64,000 nt of DNA, taken from contig CAVXUI010000005.1 of the NCBI GenBank assembly GCA_963764985.1, forward strand, positions 145,569-209,568, written 5' to 3'. Position numbers and translations under genes: made by a program. Position 1 is the first letter of the stretch. Each line of letters begins with the position of its first letter. This document shows, one piece after another, positions 51,511 through 62,022 of the stretch. The notes below the pieces were generated by a model. That model ran no database searches and was not told the DNA's origin. It saw only the letters and a list, made by a program, of their open reading frames with translations. This DNA is from an uncultured Chloroflexia bacterium (GTDB lineage Bacteria > Chloroflexota > Anaerolineae > J036 > Brachytrichaceae).

Positions 51511-52648
51511 TCACATCGCGCCCGATTCCCCGCCGGGCGCGATGGCGCGACGCGGCAGGCTCAACACAAAACCTTGCCCCGGCGTCTGCCGCACGATCCC
51601 GCGCAACTCAAGCACAGCCAGCAGCGTCATCGCGTTTTCAGCGGTCATCTCCAACGCGCGTATGAGCTGATCGGCCGGCGTGGCATCATGTGAGAGCTGC
51701 GCCAGCACACGCCGCTCGTCGTCGGATAGCTCAACGGCCTCCAACAGTTCGCCCTGCGTTGGCAGTGTCTGCAGATTCAGCTGTTGCAGCACCGATTCAG
51801 TGCCGGTGACCGGCATGGCGCCCTGCTGAATCAGCAAGTTTGTGCCACGGCTGCTCGGGTTAAAAATATTGCCCGGCACCGCAAAGACATCGCGGCCTTG
51901 CTCTGCTGCAAACCCAGCCGTAATCAATGAGCCGCTTTTGACATCGGCTTCGACCACAATCGTGCCCAGGCTGAGACCGCTAATAATGCGATTGCGCGGC
52001 GGGAAATTGGCGGGCTCGGGCGGCGCGCCGATCGGGTAATCGCTGACAATAGCGCCGTTTTCGGCGATGCGTTCGCCCAGCCGGGCGTGTTGCGCGGGAT
52101 AGATCTTATCGACGCCGCAAGCCAGCACTGCAACCGTGCGCCCGCCGGCGGCCAGCGCCGCGTGATGCGCATACCCATCGACACCCCGCGCCAGGCCGCT
52201 CACGATTGTGACGCCGCTGCGCGCGGGCTCGCCTGCCAGACACTCGGCAACATCACGGCCATAGCGGGTGGCCTGGCGCGTGCCGACGATGGCGATCGCC
52301 AGCGCATCGCCCGGCAGCAACGCGCCGCGCACAAACAGCACCGGCGGCGGGTCGGCGACGTGCTTGAGCAATGCCGGATAGGCAGGGTCGTCCCAGCACA
52401 GCGCGGCGATGCCTGACGCTGCTGCAGCTCAAGCTCGCGCTGCCGGGTTAAATTCGCGGCGCGCGGCGTGCAGCCGGCCGATCGAACGGTCGTCCAGACC
52501 CGGCGTGCGCCAGGTCGGACGCGCCGGCCGCCAGGCCGCTTCGAGCGAGCCAAAATGCGCGATCAGTTTGCGCAGGCGGGCCGGACCAATGCCGCCGGAT
52601 CGTTGCAAAGTGCGAGAAAAAGGGCAGCGACGGCGGTGCTGTTTGCAT
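51511..52648 (-). CDS. dprA: DNA-processing protein DprA; at least 3 frame breaks in the N-terminal third
   Basis: ORF 51511-52371 (AIAIVGTRQATRYGRDVA..IVSGLARGVDGYAH..FPPRNRIISGLS..VVEADVKSGSLITA). Upstream pieces read GIGPARLRKLIAHFGS and GIAALCWDDPAYPALLKHV. Candidate ATG at 52648. Confidence 0.75.
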
Positions 52649-52710
52649 GCGCCAAATGGTAGCGGGTAGCGACAGCAGTTTTGCGGATTGGCAAAAAAGC
52701 GCTCAAACTG

Positions 52711-53299
52711 TCAGGAAGTGTCAGGACGTACGGGCGCGGCGTCGCTCAGGCGCGTCATCGCAATCAAGCCCATCCGGGATGACAACGCGTGACGGTCTCG
52801 CTGTCGAAATCGATGGTTTGAATGCAGCTGTGCGATCGCGGGCAACAACAATTCGTGTTCGTCCGGCTGTCGCACCACATACACATCGTTGCTGCCGGTG
52901 GCAAGCACTTCTTCAAGCTCGCCGAGCAGAACGCCGCCATATCGAGCGCCACTCGATGCCGATCAGATCATGCGCATAGTATTCGCCGTCGCAAGGATCG
53001 TGGCAAATGCGCCGCGTTCACGCTGATGACGCATGCCGCGCATGCAATTCGGATCGTTGCGGGATCACGCCCTGGCCAGCAGCAGCAGCAAGGCGCCCTT
53101 GATGTTCACGGACCTTGCGCGCTTACGTGGGGATGGCTTGCGGACGCGTCGTTCAGAAAACACCGCGGCCGGGGCGCCGGTGGAAATGCGCATCAGCATA
53201 TTCCTTTTCAAGTTGGATCTTGAGCTCGCCGGTGATGCCGTGCGGCCGCGACACCCGGCCGATCAAAAAGCGCGATGGAGTGTTTGCGCGCGCCGGCAT
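52711..53299 (-). CDS. rimM: 16S rRNA processing protein RimM; at least 3 frame breaks
   Basis: ATG 53299 overlaps the KH gene stop (TGATG). MPARANTPSRFLIGRVSRPHGITGELKI. Later pieces: GEYYAHDLIGIE, ATGSNDVYVVRQPDEHELLLPAI, VVIPDGL. Confidence 0.7.
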
Positions 53300-53532
53300 C
53301 AGTCGCCAATATCAAGCATGACGCGCTTGCCGCGCCGGTTCCCATGCCGCAACAGCGTGCGCATGGCGTTGGCGAGCTTGCCGTCTTTGCCGATCACGCG
53401 GCCAAGTTCACCCTCGCCGACCTGCAATTGCAGATAGCTGTCGTTGCTGCCTTCGCGTTGCTCATCGACAACGACCACGGCTTCGGGGTTATCGACCAGA
53501 CCGCGGGCGATATAGTCGATCAGATCTTTCAT
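53299..53532 (-). CDS. KH-domain RNA-binding protein (YlqC/UPF0109)
   Basis: Intact 77 aa with GRVIGKDGKLANAMRTLL. Conserved position between rpsP and rimM. Confidence 0.8.
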   Translation of the reverse strand: MKDLIDYIARGLVDNPEAVVVVDEQREGSNDSYLQLQVGEGELGRVIGKDGKLANAMRTLLRHGNRRGKRVMLDIGD

Positions 53533-53697
53533 GCTGGGTTGGATTGTATCAGCGCAAGCGGGTCAACTGCGCATGCGGGGGTGCACGCATATTTGTATTG
53601 CTGTCAAGATGCAGCGACATTTGCGCGTGGCGCCCCGGGACCGAGGTCCAGGCTAACGGGCGAAGCCGCCCTTCGGCGGCTAACTGCCGCATCTGCA

Positions 53698-53740
53698 GGA
53701 AAAGACAATGCCCGCGCAAGCGCGGGCATTTGTCTTTTCC
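53698..53740 (-). terminator. Stem-loop downstream of rpsP
   Basis: GGAAAAGACAATGCCCGCG / CGCGGGCATTTGTCTTTTCC (one bulge), starting 9 nt after the tandem stops TGATAA (53746-53751, minus strand). A second small GC hairpin lies at about 53664-53681. Confidence 0.5.
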
Positions 53741-53748
53741 GACTGTTA

Positions 53749-54155
53749 TCAGCGGCGGCTTCGGCCGGTGCTGCAGCCTTGGCCTTCTTTGGCTTCGGCA
53801 GGGCCTGCGGCCGATATTGGTGCGCGGGTTGATCGCGCGGTCGCGCGGCAACGGCGGCGGCGGCTTCGGCCGTCAGCACGTCGGTGGCCTCGCCCTTCTT
53901 CGAAGCGCTCAAACCGCGGTCGGCCGGTTTTCTTGAGCAGACGGGCGACAGCATCGCTTGGCTGGGCGCCAACCTTCAGCCATTTGAGTGCGCTGGCCTC
54001 AACAATTGCCATAGATCTCGGGCTCGGTGCGCGGGTTGTAGGTGCCGATGATCTCGATAAAACGCGCCATCGCGCGGGGACTCTCTGTCACACACGACGA
54101 TACGATAGCTGGGCTGACGTTTGCTGCCCATGCGGCGTAGACGAATACGAACCAT
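53749..54155 (-). CDS. rpsP: 30S ribosomal protein S16 with a Lys/Ala/Pro-rich C-terminal extension; about 2 frame breaks
   Basis: ATG 54155: [30 protein letters not shown], then shifted [18 protein letters not shown], then [26 protein letters not shown] (ORF 53749-54012). The reading of the tail is uncertain. Confidence 0.8.
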
Positions 54156-54442
54156 TTTCTGTGTTTCTTTCCTGCTGCCATGAGGCCCGGCGTTAACACG
54201 CTTCGGGAATCGCGGCTGCGATGTAGATTCTGCCGCGCACAGATTTAACTCTGTGCGCAACAGAACCGGCGATTGTTCTTTGTCAGGTATGGCGGTCTTC
54301 GCAACAACCAGGCTGCCGGCGCTCCTTCTCTGCCTGTCGCTTCGTGCGACAGACGAGATCCTGCGGAGACAGGCTGGCGGTTTAAACCGCGCATGGCAGA
54401 GAACTGGCGGAAAGGACGCCAATTGCCGTGCGCGAGAGTCGA

Positions 54443-55782
54443 TTACCGTCTTCCTCGCTTCAACCCGCCCATCAACATTTTGGCGCGCGGGTCGTTAGAC
54501 AACTTTTTCATCATGTCCTGCGCATCGCGAAACTGCTTAAGCATCTGGTTCAATTCCTGAACCGTTGCCCCGCTGCCGGCTGCCACACGACGTTTTCTCG
54601 AGGCGTTTAGTAGATCCGGTCGATGACGCTCTTCACGCGTCATCGAGCTGATCAACGCTTCCACCCGTTTGAACTGCTTCTCGGTGCTCCAGGCGCCAGG
54701 TCCTTCATGGCTTCTTTTGCGCCCGGAATCATCGCCAGCAGGTCGCTCAGCGGCCCCATCTTCTTGATCTGTTTCATCTGGCCGAGAAAGTCCTCCAGAT
54801 CGAACTTGCTCGTCATCATCTTCTCGGCCGCGGCTGCGGCTTCGGTTTCGTCAAACTGCGATTGCGCGCTGCTCGATCAGCGTCATCACATCGCCCATGC
54901 CCAGGATGCGCGAGGCCAGGCGATCCGGGTGGAAGATTTCAAAGGCATCGGCTTTTTCGCCGGTCGCCAGAAACTTGATCGGCACGCCGGTGACAGCGCG
55001 CATCGAAATCGCCGCGCCGCCGCGCGCATCGCCATCGACTTTGGTCAGAATTAACCCGGTCAGGCTAACCTTTTTGTTGAACGCGTCGGCCACATTGACC
55101 GCTTCCTGGCCGATCATGGCGTCGGCCACCAGCAGCACTTCCTGCGGCTTGGTGCGCTGGCGGATCTCGGCGATCTCATTCATCAACGTTTCGTTGATTT
55201 GCAGACGACCAGCGGTATCGAGGATCACGATGTCATAGGCGCCGGCGATCGCCTTTTGCAGCGCGTTCTGGCAAATAATCGGCGGCGCAACTTTGTCGCC
55301 CTCCGAGTGCACCGGAATTTGCAGCTGTTTGCCGAGCTGCTCAAGCTGGGTGATGGCGGCCGGGCGGTAAATGTCCGCCGCGACCAGCATGGGCCGATGC
55401 CCGCTGCTGCGCAGTTTCAGCGCCAGTTTCGCCGCTGTGGTGGTTTTGCCCGCGCCCTGCAGACCGACCAACATGATGACGTGGGGCGCCGGGCCGCCTC
55501 AGATCCAACCGCCCGCCCTCGCCTAGCGTGGCGAGCAGTTCGTCGTGCACAATCTTGATGACCGCTTGGCCCGGGCGTTAGGCTCTTGTGCACTTCTGCG
55601 CCGACAGCGCGTTCGCGCACGCGTGTCAAAAACTCTTTGACGACTTTGAAGTTGACATCGGCTTCAAGCAGCGCGACACGCACCTCGCGCATGGCTTCGT
55701 CCACGTCTTTCTCCGTCAAAAAACCACGCTTTCCGAGGCGGTCAAAAATGGCCTGAAGTTTGTCTCCGAGTGCGTCGAACAT
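54443..55782 (-). CDS. ffh: Signal recognition particle protein Ffh; at least 3 frame breaks
   Basis: ORF 55417-55782 ([27 protein letters not shown]), ORF 54851-55474 ([37 protein letters not shown]), ORF 54443-54664 (M-domain tail [23 protein letters not shown]). Confidence 0.9.
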
Positions 55783-55895
55783 AGCGAAAAGGCCAGTAAT
55801 TCTATCACTTCGGATGGCGACTCGCCACCTTCCCGAACCTCTTGAGTTTGGCCACAGGATTTTGTATTGCGGTCAACATGCCTTAAAATTAAAAG

Positions 55896-56108
55896 ATGTC
55901 TCCTGCCCTTCGCCGCCGCATTGCGAGCATTGTCACCACCGCGATCATGGCCTTTATCCTGTATCGGGTCGTCGATCGGTTGTTTATCGTCATTTGGGTT
56001 CAAGTTCCATGGTGGGGTTTGGTACTGTTGGCCGTGCTGCTGTTCTTGGCGGTCGACTTTATGGTCAACCGGGCGTTTGGAGTGGACAAAGGGGCATCTG
56101 GGCAGTAG
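55896..56108 (+). CDS. Small hypothetical membrane protein (70 aa)
   Basis: Two hydrophobic segments. Ends 4 nt before the next gene's ATG. No family recognised. Confidence 0.4.
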   Translation: MSPALRRRIASIVTTAIMAFILYRVVDRLFIVIWVQVPWWGLVLLAVLLFLAVDFMVNRAFGVDKGASGQ

Positions 56109-56112
56109 CTGA

Positions 56113-56931
56113 ATGATCAAAACTAAAGACGGACTCGAGCTCTTCGCACACGACTGGACAATCCCGAAACCCAAAGCCTGTGTGGTGCTGACCCATGGGT
56201 TCGGCGAACACGGCGCCCGCTATGCGCATGTCGGCGCGGCGCTCAATGCGGCTGGATACTCGCTGTACGGCTACGACCTCCGTGGACACGGCAAAAGCGG
56301 TGGCAAGCGCGGTCACACGCCATCGATGGATCATCTGCAGGATGATCTCAGCCGCGTCATCACGCGCGTCAAAAAGAGCGTGGGCAACACGCGGCTATTT
56401 TTGTATGGCCACAGCATGGGCGGGAACATCACGCTGGCCTATGCGGCCAGCCGCCCGGCCGGGTTGTCTGGCGTTCATGTCAATGCGCCGTGGCTCGAAC
56501 TCGCGGTTGCAGGCAACCCGGTCACCATCGCGCTGGGCAAACTGATGTCGCGCATCGTGCCGTCATTCTCACAATCGACGCCGGCTCTGCAAGGCATCCT
56601 GTCGCGCGACCCGGCGATCGACGCGGCAAATGCCGACGACGCGTTGGTGCACCGGACGATGAGTGCGCGCCTGTATGTTGAAATCACAACCGCTGCCGAG
56701 CAGTTGCTGAGCGGCGCCACACCGCTGCGCACGCCGCTGTTGCTGACGCACGGCACGGCCGACGCGGTCGTTGCATTCGCTGGCAGCGCGGCCTATTTCG
56801 AAATCTGCGGCGCAACGGACAAGACCTTTACGCCCTACGATGGCGGGTTTCACGAGCTGCAAAACGATCTGTGCAAAGACGCCTATCTGGCTGAAGTGAC
56901 CGCCTGGCTGGACAAACACACACACGCCTAA
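56113..56931 (+). CDS. Alpha/beta hydrolase (lysophospholipase / monoacylglycerol-lipase-like)
   Basis: HGFGEH, nucleophile elbow GHSMGG, C-terminal GGFHEL. Confidence 0.7.
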   Translation: MIKTKDGLELFAHDWTIPKPKACVVLTHGFGEHGARYAHVGAALNAAGYSLYGYDLRGHGKSGGKRGHTPSMDHLQDDLSRVITRVKKSVGNTRLFLYGHSMGGNITLAYAASRPAGLSGVHVNAPWLELAVAGNPVTIALGKLMSRIVPSFSQSTPALQGILSRDPAIDAANADDALVHRTMSARLYVEITTAAEQLLSGATPLRTPLLLTHGTADAVVAFAGSAAYFEICGATDKTFTPYDGGFHELQNDLCKDAYLAEVTAWLDKHTHA

Positions 56932-56935
56932 CACG

Positions 56936-57607
56936 ATGCCGACACACGCCACCCTGCCCTTGTGGGACGACGCGAACGATGGCGAAAAGCTGGCCAAGCT
57001 GCGCGTTTGGGTTGAAGACCTGTATCGCTACCAGCTTGGCGGCGCGCTCGAGCACATTCGAGCCACCCTGCGCGCGCATCAGCCCGCCGACCCCAAAGAG
57101 ACGCGCGATCGCGATCTGATCCTCGACTGGTGCGACAGGCACCCGGACATCATGAACATGCACTGCGAGCCCGGCCATCTGACCGGCTCGGCGCTGATCG
57201 TGCATCCGGCGAGCGGCCGCGTGCTGTTAAACCATCACCGCACGCTGAATCTTTGGATGCAGTTTGGGGGGCACTTTGACTACGAGGTCGAACCCTGGCG
57301 CGTGGCGTTGCGCGAGGCGCGCGAGGAGTCCGGCATCCACGATCTGGCGTTTTTGCCAAACATGCCGGACCCGGCCCCATTTGATGTGGACGTGCACAGC
57401 ATTCCGGCGCGCGGCAATCGGCCAACGCACCTGCATCTCGATCTGCGCTACCTGTTAAGCACGAATTCGCCCGAGCAAGCGCTGATCAGCGGCGAATCGC
57501 ACGAGATCCGCTGGCTGACGTTTGCCGAAGCTGAGGCACTGGTGCACAGCGACGAACTGCTGCGCATGCTGGGCAAGGCGCGCCGGGCGCTGGCGGCGCA
57601 GGTGTAG
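56936..57607 (+). CDS. NUDIX hydrolase
   Basis: Nudix box FGGHFDYEVEPWRVALREAREESGI. Confidence 0.75.
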   Translation: MPTHATLPLWDDANDGEKLAKLRVWVEDLYRYQLGGALEHIRATLRAHQPADPKETRDRDLILDWCDRHPDIMNMHCEPGHLTGSALIVHPASGRVLLNHHRTLNLWMQFGGHFDYEVEPWRVALREAREESGIHDLAFLPNMPDPAPFDVDVHSIPARGNRPTHLHLDLRYLLSTNSPEQALISGESHEIRWLTFAEAEALVHSDELLRMLGKARRALAAQV

Positions 57608-57628
57608 TCCACCTAGGTGGACTACACC
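57601..57628. repeat. Loop-less perfect 28-nt palindrome that includes the NUDIX stop codon
   Basis: GGTGTAGTCCACCTAGGTGGACTACACC. TAG at 57605-57607. Lies between convergent genes. Confidence 0.8.
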
Positions 57629-57684
57629 TGAAAACGCCAAAAGTGTCAGCAAGTGTCAGAATGCGTGGCGATGCCACGCACGAC

Positions 57685-58431
57685 TCACTTCTTCTTCTTG
57701 CCCTGTTTCTTCTTCCAGGCTTGATATTCATCCTGGGCGTCGGCGCGCAACGGGTAATATTTGCGCAGATCGCCGCCTTCAGACAGGCGAATGCGAGCGA
57801 ACTCCTCCCACTCGGCATGTTCGCTGGCGTGTTTGACCAATTCAGGCGCCAGTGCGGCCGGCACTACCGTGGCGCCATCGTCGTCAGCCACGATGATGTC
57901 GCCGGGCATGACCAGGCAGTTGCACAACGCGATCGGCACGTTGACGGCATACGGGAAGAGATTGGTCTGCGTGTGATAGTTTGGCGTGGTGCCTTTTAGC
58001 CACAACCCAAGCCCCAGATTTTTTGCGAACGGGTAGTCGCGAATGCAGCCGTCGATGACCACGCCGTTTCCGCCGCGGCCCTTAAAAAACGTCAGCATCA
58101 TCTCGCCGAAGATGCCGCTGCCGAGGTCGCCGCGCGCATCGACGCACACGAAGTCGCCGGGCTGTGTGTGATACAGCACATGCCGGTGCAGCTGCGTCTC
58201 CGGGTCGGCATATTCGGCCTGTTTATATTGATCCTCGCGCTTGGGCATCATCTGCAGCGTCAACGCTGGCCCGGCGAAACACGCGCCCGGCGTGTACGGC
58301 ACCGGTCCGCGAATGTGGGCGTCGCGAATGCCCATGCGGCTGAGTTCGGCGCTCGCGGTGGCGCTGCCGATTGCTTGCAGAGCCTGCACCAGCTTTTTAT
58401 TCGGTCGTGTGATGTCGTTTGTCTGAATCAT
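57685..58431 (-). CDS. RraA-family protein (RraA / HMG-CHA aldolase-like)
   Basis: Likely ATG at 58431 (MIQTNDITRPNKKLV), overlapping the upstream stop (ATGA). Motifs GDFVCVDARGDLGSGIFGEMM, VVIDGCIRD, PGDIIVADDDGATVVP. Confidence 0.7.
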   Translation of the reverse strand: MIQTNDITRPNKKLVQALQAIGSATASAELSRMGIRDAHIRGPVPYTPGACFAGPALTLQMMPKREDQYKQAEYADPETQLHRHVLYHTQPGDFVCVDARGDLGSGIFGEMMLTFFKGRGGNGVVIDGCIRDYPFAKNLGLGLWLKGTTPNYHTQTNLFPYAVNVPIALCNCLVMPGDIIVADDDGATVVPAALAPELVKHASEHAEWEEFARIRLSEGGDLRKYYPLRADAQDEYQAWKKKQGKKKK

Positions 58432-59480
58432 GGCAAAGCCAACTCTACGACAGGATGCCAAATTGCGCGAACCGGCGTCTGCCCCGCCTCGCGTTTGTGC
58501 AGCAACAACCATTGATAGATATTGATCCGGTCCGCGCCGTCCGCGGCCCAGAGCTGCGCCGGGTTGTAAATGTCATCCCAGATAAAGTGATCGCGGCCAG
58601 GCAAGGGGGTCAGCATGGCGTTTGGCACAGGTGCGCCGCAGCGCGTGCCGTCAGGTTTGGCGCGCGCGCCGTTGATCGTCTCAATCCAGGAGCGGCTGTC
58701 GTTGATCGGCACGGTCGCGTCGGCATCACCGTGATAGGCCCACACAGGCAGATTTGCATTTGAGATATTGCACGGCGTGTGTTTGTTCTGGACGGTCCCG
58801 GCGGACGGACAGATCGGCACGATGGCAGCGAGCCCGATGCTGTGCGACAGCGGCGGCGTGGCAGACATATCCATCTCGGATGCGTAGTGCAGCGCCATGC
58901 CACCGCCCATGCTGAGCCCGCTGAGGTAGATGCGCGACTGATCGGCATGTGGCAGCTGATGGGCGACCTTTACGACTGCGTCAACATACGCGTTATCCCA
59001 GCTTGCCTGCACATGCGGCGACAGCACGATAAAGCAATCACGGACGCCGCGCACGGTGAAGCACATGTCAGCGCCGTTTTGGATCAACTTTGGCGGTCCG
59101 AACTCCAGTATTTTTGACGCCGGCACATTGACCTCGCCGATGCCGTGCACAAAGATTAGCACCGGAAAGCGTCTGTCCGGGTCCGCGCCGTAACCCGCCG
59201 GCACATAGCGCCAATAGGAAACGGTGCGGCCCAGATGCGACGTGGCCTGCAAGGTGTGGCGGGACGACGGCGGCCCCAGTGCCACGACCGGCGTCGGCGT
59301 TGGAAGTGGTTTTGGCCGGCCGACAACAGGCAAAAACAGCCGCGCGCCGGCTGCGCCAGGCGTGGCTGTGTCGGATTGCAGTACGCGGTCGGCCTGCGCC
59401 GTTGTCGCGCCAGCGAATGCCAGCATCAGCACTGCGAGGGTGAGGCACAGCAGGCGCATGGCTGGCATTGTCCCAAACAA
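58428..59480 (-). CDS. Secreted alpha/beta-fold esterase (carboxylesterase / PHB-depolymerase-like)
   Basis: Signal peptide MRLLCLTLAVLMLAFAGATTAQA, nucleophile elbow LSGLSMGG, HGDADATVP. Confidence 0.6.
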   Translation of the reverse strand: MFGTMPAMRLLCLTLAVLMLAFAGATTAQADRVLQSDTATPGAAGARLFLPVVGRPKPLPTPTPVVALGPPSSRHTLQATSHLGRTVSYWRYVPAGYGADPDRRFPVLIFVHGIGEVNVPASKILEFGPPKLIQNGADMCFTVRGVRDCFIVLSPHVQASWDNAYVDAVVKVAHQLPHADQSRIYLSGLSMGGGMALHYASEMDMSATPPLSHSIGLAAIVPICPSAGTVQNKHTPCNISNANLPVWAYHGDADATVPINDSRSWIETINGARAKPDGTRCGAPVPNAMLTPLPGRDHFIWDDIYNPAQLWAADGADRINIYQWLLLHKREAGQTPVRAIWHPVVELALP

Positions 59481-60410
59481 TCAGCGCAGCGCCGGCAGGG
59501 CGCGCTCATAGAACGCAGTCACACGCGCCAGGTAGTCGATCGGCACCTCGCGATAGGCGCCGCCGTGGTCGGCATCGGCAACCTCCCACACCGTCGCGCC
59601 GGGCAGTGCCTGTTGCAGCGCGCGCGCTTGCTCAAGCGGCACGAGCAAATCATCGAGCCCCTGTATCAGCATCACCCGCTGCGCCGCGATTTTTGCAGCA
59701 TCGACCACCGGACGCGCAGCCCAGTAGTCCACGCCGGATTGGCGTTGCGCCAGCAGCAGGCCGGGAAAATGCAGCTGTCCGGGCGTGCGAGTCAGGCGCG
59801 TCCATTGAAAGCGCGCCGCACCGACAACGTCCGAAAACGCCGAATCCGAGACAACGGCGCCAATTCCCGCGTCATCGGCCATCGCGCCGAGCACAGCCGC
59901 ACCGCCAAGCGACACGCCGTGCAGTCCGATCTGCGGCCGCTTGAACCCGCGCGTTTCGAGCCAATCGACGGCTCCAAGCACATCACGCCGTTCATGGATG
60001 CCAAAGCTGACAAACGCATCTGCGCTTTTGCCATGCCCCCGCAGATCGATCATCATGACTGCAAAGCCCGCGTTGTGCAGGCCGGCCGCGAACTCGACAT
60101 AGCGGCCAAAAAACTCGTCGGTGCGGCTGCCGTCTTTGCCATGCACCAGCACAATTGCGCGTCGCGCGCCGACTTTTGGCATATACCAACCGGCCAGCTT
60201 CAGGTTGTCGCCGCGCGAAGAAAATGTCACGTCTTCGAAGTCAATCGGCCCGCGCCACGAATATGTGCGCGGTGTCATCGATGCTTGAAACACCCGGCGC
60301 GGCCGCAGAAAATAGACATACGCCAGCGCGTTCAACAACACATACGTGATCAGCACTTGCACCGTCAACCAGATCAACACGGGCCGCGCGAGGCACCAGA
60401 GAAGTTTCAT
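59481..60410 (-). CDS. Alpha/beta hydrolase with an N-terminal TM anchor
   Basis: N-terminal hydrophobic segment, HGKDGSR, elbow HGVSLGGA, C-terminal DADHG. Directly abuts the next gene. Confidence 0.65.
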   Translation of the reverse strand: MKLLWCLARPVLIWLTVQVLITYVLLNALAYVYFLRPRRVFQASMTPRTYSWRGPIDFEDVTFSSRGDNLKLAGWYMPKVGARRAIVLVHGKDGSRTDEFFGRYVEFAAGLHNAGFAVMMIDLRGHGKSADAFVSFGIHERRDVLGAVDWLETRGFKRPQIGLHGVSLGGAAVLGAMADDAGIGAVVSDSAFSDVVGAARFQWTRLTRTPGQLHFPGLLLAQRQSGVDYWAARPVVDAAKIAAQRVMLIQGLDDLLVPLEQARALQQALPGATVWEVADADHGGAYREVPIDYLARVTAFYERALPALR

Positions 60411-60524
60411 TGCGCCAGTATCGCCCGGAGACCGGAGATCTCGGGCTAACCATCACAATGGCGGCGTGCCGCCGGGCGGAGGGCAGGCGCAGTGGTTAGC
60501 CGCCGACAGGCGGCTTCGCTAGGG

Positions 60525-61910
60525 TTAGCGCGGGACCTCGGTCCCGAGTTCGCGCGCGCGCAGCGCCAGCCCAGCCGCCACGCCCGTAAACAAATCCTGC
60601 TGCACCACGCGATCTGCGCCAAAGCGTTTGACGAGCATGTCGACAAAACACGGGATCGCGGACGAACCCCCGGTGCGCACGACGGCGTCGATCTGATCCG
60701 CGCGCGTGCCTGCGCGCAACAGCACGTCATCGATCAATTCGCCGATCTGGCGGCGCTCCTGCGCGATAAAGGCCTCGAAGTTGCGGCGCGTCAGGGGATG
60801 CCAGATGTCAATCGCGCCGGATTCGTATTCAATAAACGAGACGTTGGCTTGCGTAAGCCCGACCTTGGCCTGTTCGACGCGTTCGTAGACGTCGTAGCCA
60901 TAGCCCTTCCCGATCAGTTCCTCGAGCGCGAGCAGCCGGATCGGGTCGTCACAGTCTTGCTGTGCCTCGCGCAGAAAGCCAAGGATATCGGCATTGCTGA
61001 GCATCGGGATGTTTTGCCAGTCGCCGAGTGCGTCCATCAGGTGGGTCGGCATGGTCATGCGGCCGGGTCCCCAGCGCACATCGCGGCCAAACCACGGCAG
61101 CAGCGCGCGGTTGAAGATGGCCTGGTCGAAGTGATCGCCAGCGATGCCGATGCCGCCGGTCGCGACCACATGCTGGGCGCCGTTGGCGTCAAACCGAACC
61201 ACGGCCAGATCGAGCGTGCCGCCGCCGAAGTCGAATACAAATGCATGCCGGGTTTGTTGCGCGCGCGCTTCAAGGCCAAACGCCAGCGCCGCACCGATCG
61301 GTTCCATCTCAAACGCGACCTCGGTAAACCCGGCCAGCCGCGCCGCTTCAGCCAGTCGCGCCTGCGCGCGCTCGTTGTCGGCCGCGTTTGCGACATTGGC
61401 GAAGTTGACCGGCCTGCCAAAAACAGCCGCGGTTGGCGCACGCCCCAACTCAGTGCCTATGCGAAAACGAACCTGGTCGAGAAAGGCGGCGATCAGGTCT
61501 TCGAGCGAGTAGTCTTTGCCAAAGAGCGATGTGCCGGCATACGTTGTCGCGAGCGGCCCCTTGAGCGTGTGCAGCAGCCGGCCGGGCGCATCGGCATCGA
61601 CATCGGTAAACACGTCGACGATCACCGCCCCACCCTTCAGGTCGTACCCCTTCGCCAGCAACTCGCCCAGCTCAAGATCGATCGTGCCGATGTATTTCTT
61701 GACAAAGCGAGGCACCCGCCCGACGTTCTGCTTGCGATACAACGAGATTGCCTGCCGGCCGATGTGCAGCGTCTGATCGCGTTCGACATACAACGCCGTG
61801 CGCAGCGTGTCGCGGCCGTCGTCCAGCGGCAAAATGCGCGGACGCGCGTCGCCCGCGCCAATTACAGCGGCGACGGTGTTTGTGGTGCCGAAGTCAATGC
61901 CTAAGAACAT
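60525..61910 (-). CDS. YegD-like Hsp70-family ATPase (actin-fold, no substrate-binding domain)
   Basis: ATG 61910 (MFLGIDFGTTNT). GRPVNF..ERAQARLAEAARLAGFTEVAFEMEPIGAAL, FDFGGGTLDLAVV, VRTGGSSAIP. About 461 aa, with the same architecture as E. coli YegD as I recall it. Confidence 0.75.
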   Translation of the reverse strand: MFLGIDFGTTNTVAAVIGAGDARPRILPLDDGRDTLRTALYVERDQTLHIGRQAISLYRKQNVGRVPRFVKKYIGTIDLELGELLAKGYDLKGGAVIVDVFTDVDADAPGRLLHTLKGPLATTYAGTSLFGKDYSLEDLIAAFLDQVRFRIGTELGRAPTAAVFGRPVNFANVANAADNERAQARLAEAARLAGFTEVAFEMEPIGAALAFGLEARAQQTRHAFVFDFGGGTLDLAVVRFDANGAQHVVATGGIGIAGDHFDQAIFNRALLPWFGRDVRWGPGRMTMPTHLMDALGDWQNIPMLSNADILGFLREAQQDCDDPIRLLALEELIGKGYGYDVYERVEQAKVGLTQANVSFIEYESGAIDIWHPLTRRNFEAFIAQERRQIGELIDDVLLRAGTRADQIDAVVRTGGSSAIPCFVDMLVKRFGADRVVQQDLFTGVAAGLALRARELGTEVPR

Positions 61911-61922
61911 GGGGAGAGTAAA

Positions 61923-62022
61923 GAATCTAGAATCCAGAATCCAGACATGAAGCATGCCCGCGGTTAGTCGTCTGAGTGATGAATGTCGGACGCATGTCTG
62001 GATTTGGATTTTCTGGATTCTT
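61923..62022. repeat. Hairpin element with arms made of 7-nt GARTCCA units (copy 3, more degenerate)
   Basis: GAATCTA GAATCCA GAATCCA GACATG (61923-61949) ... CATGTC TGGATTT GGATTTTC TGGATTC (61993-62020). In gene (minus) orientation it reads TGA-AGAATCCAG...GATTCTTTACTCTCCCC-ATG. Confidence 0.85.
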
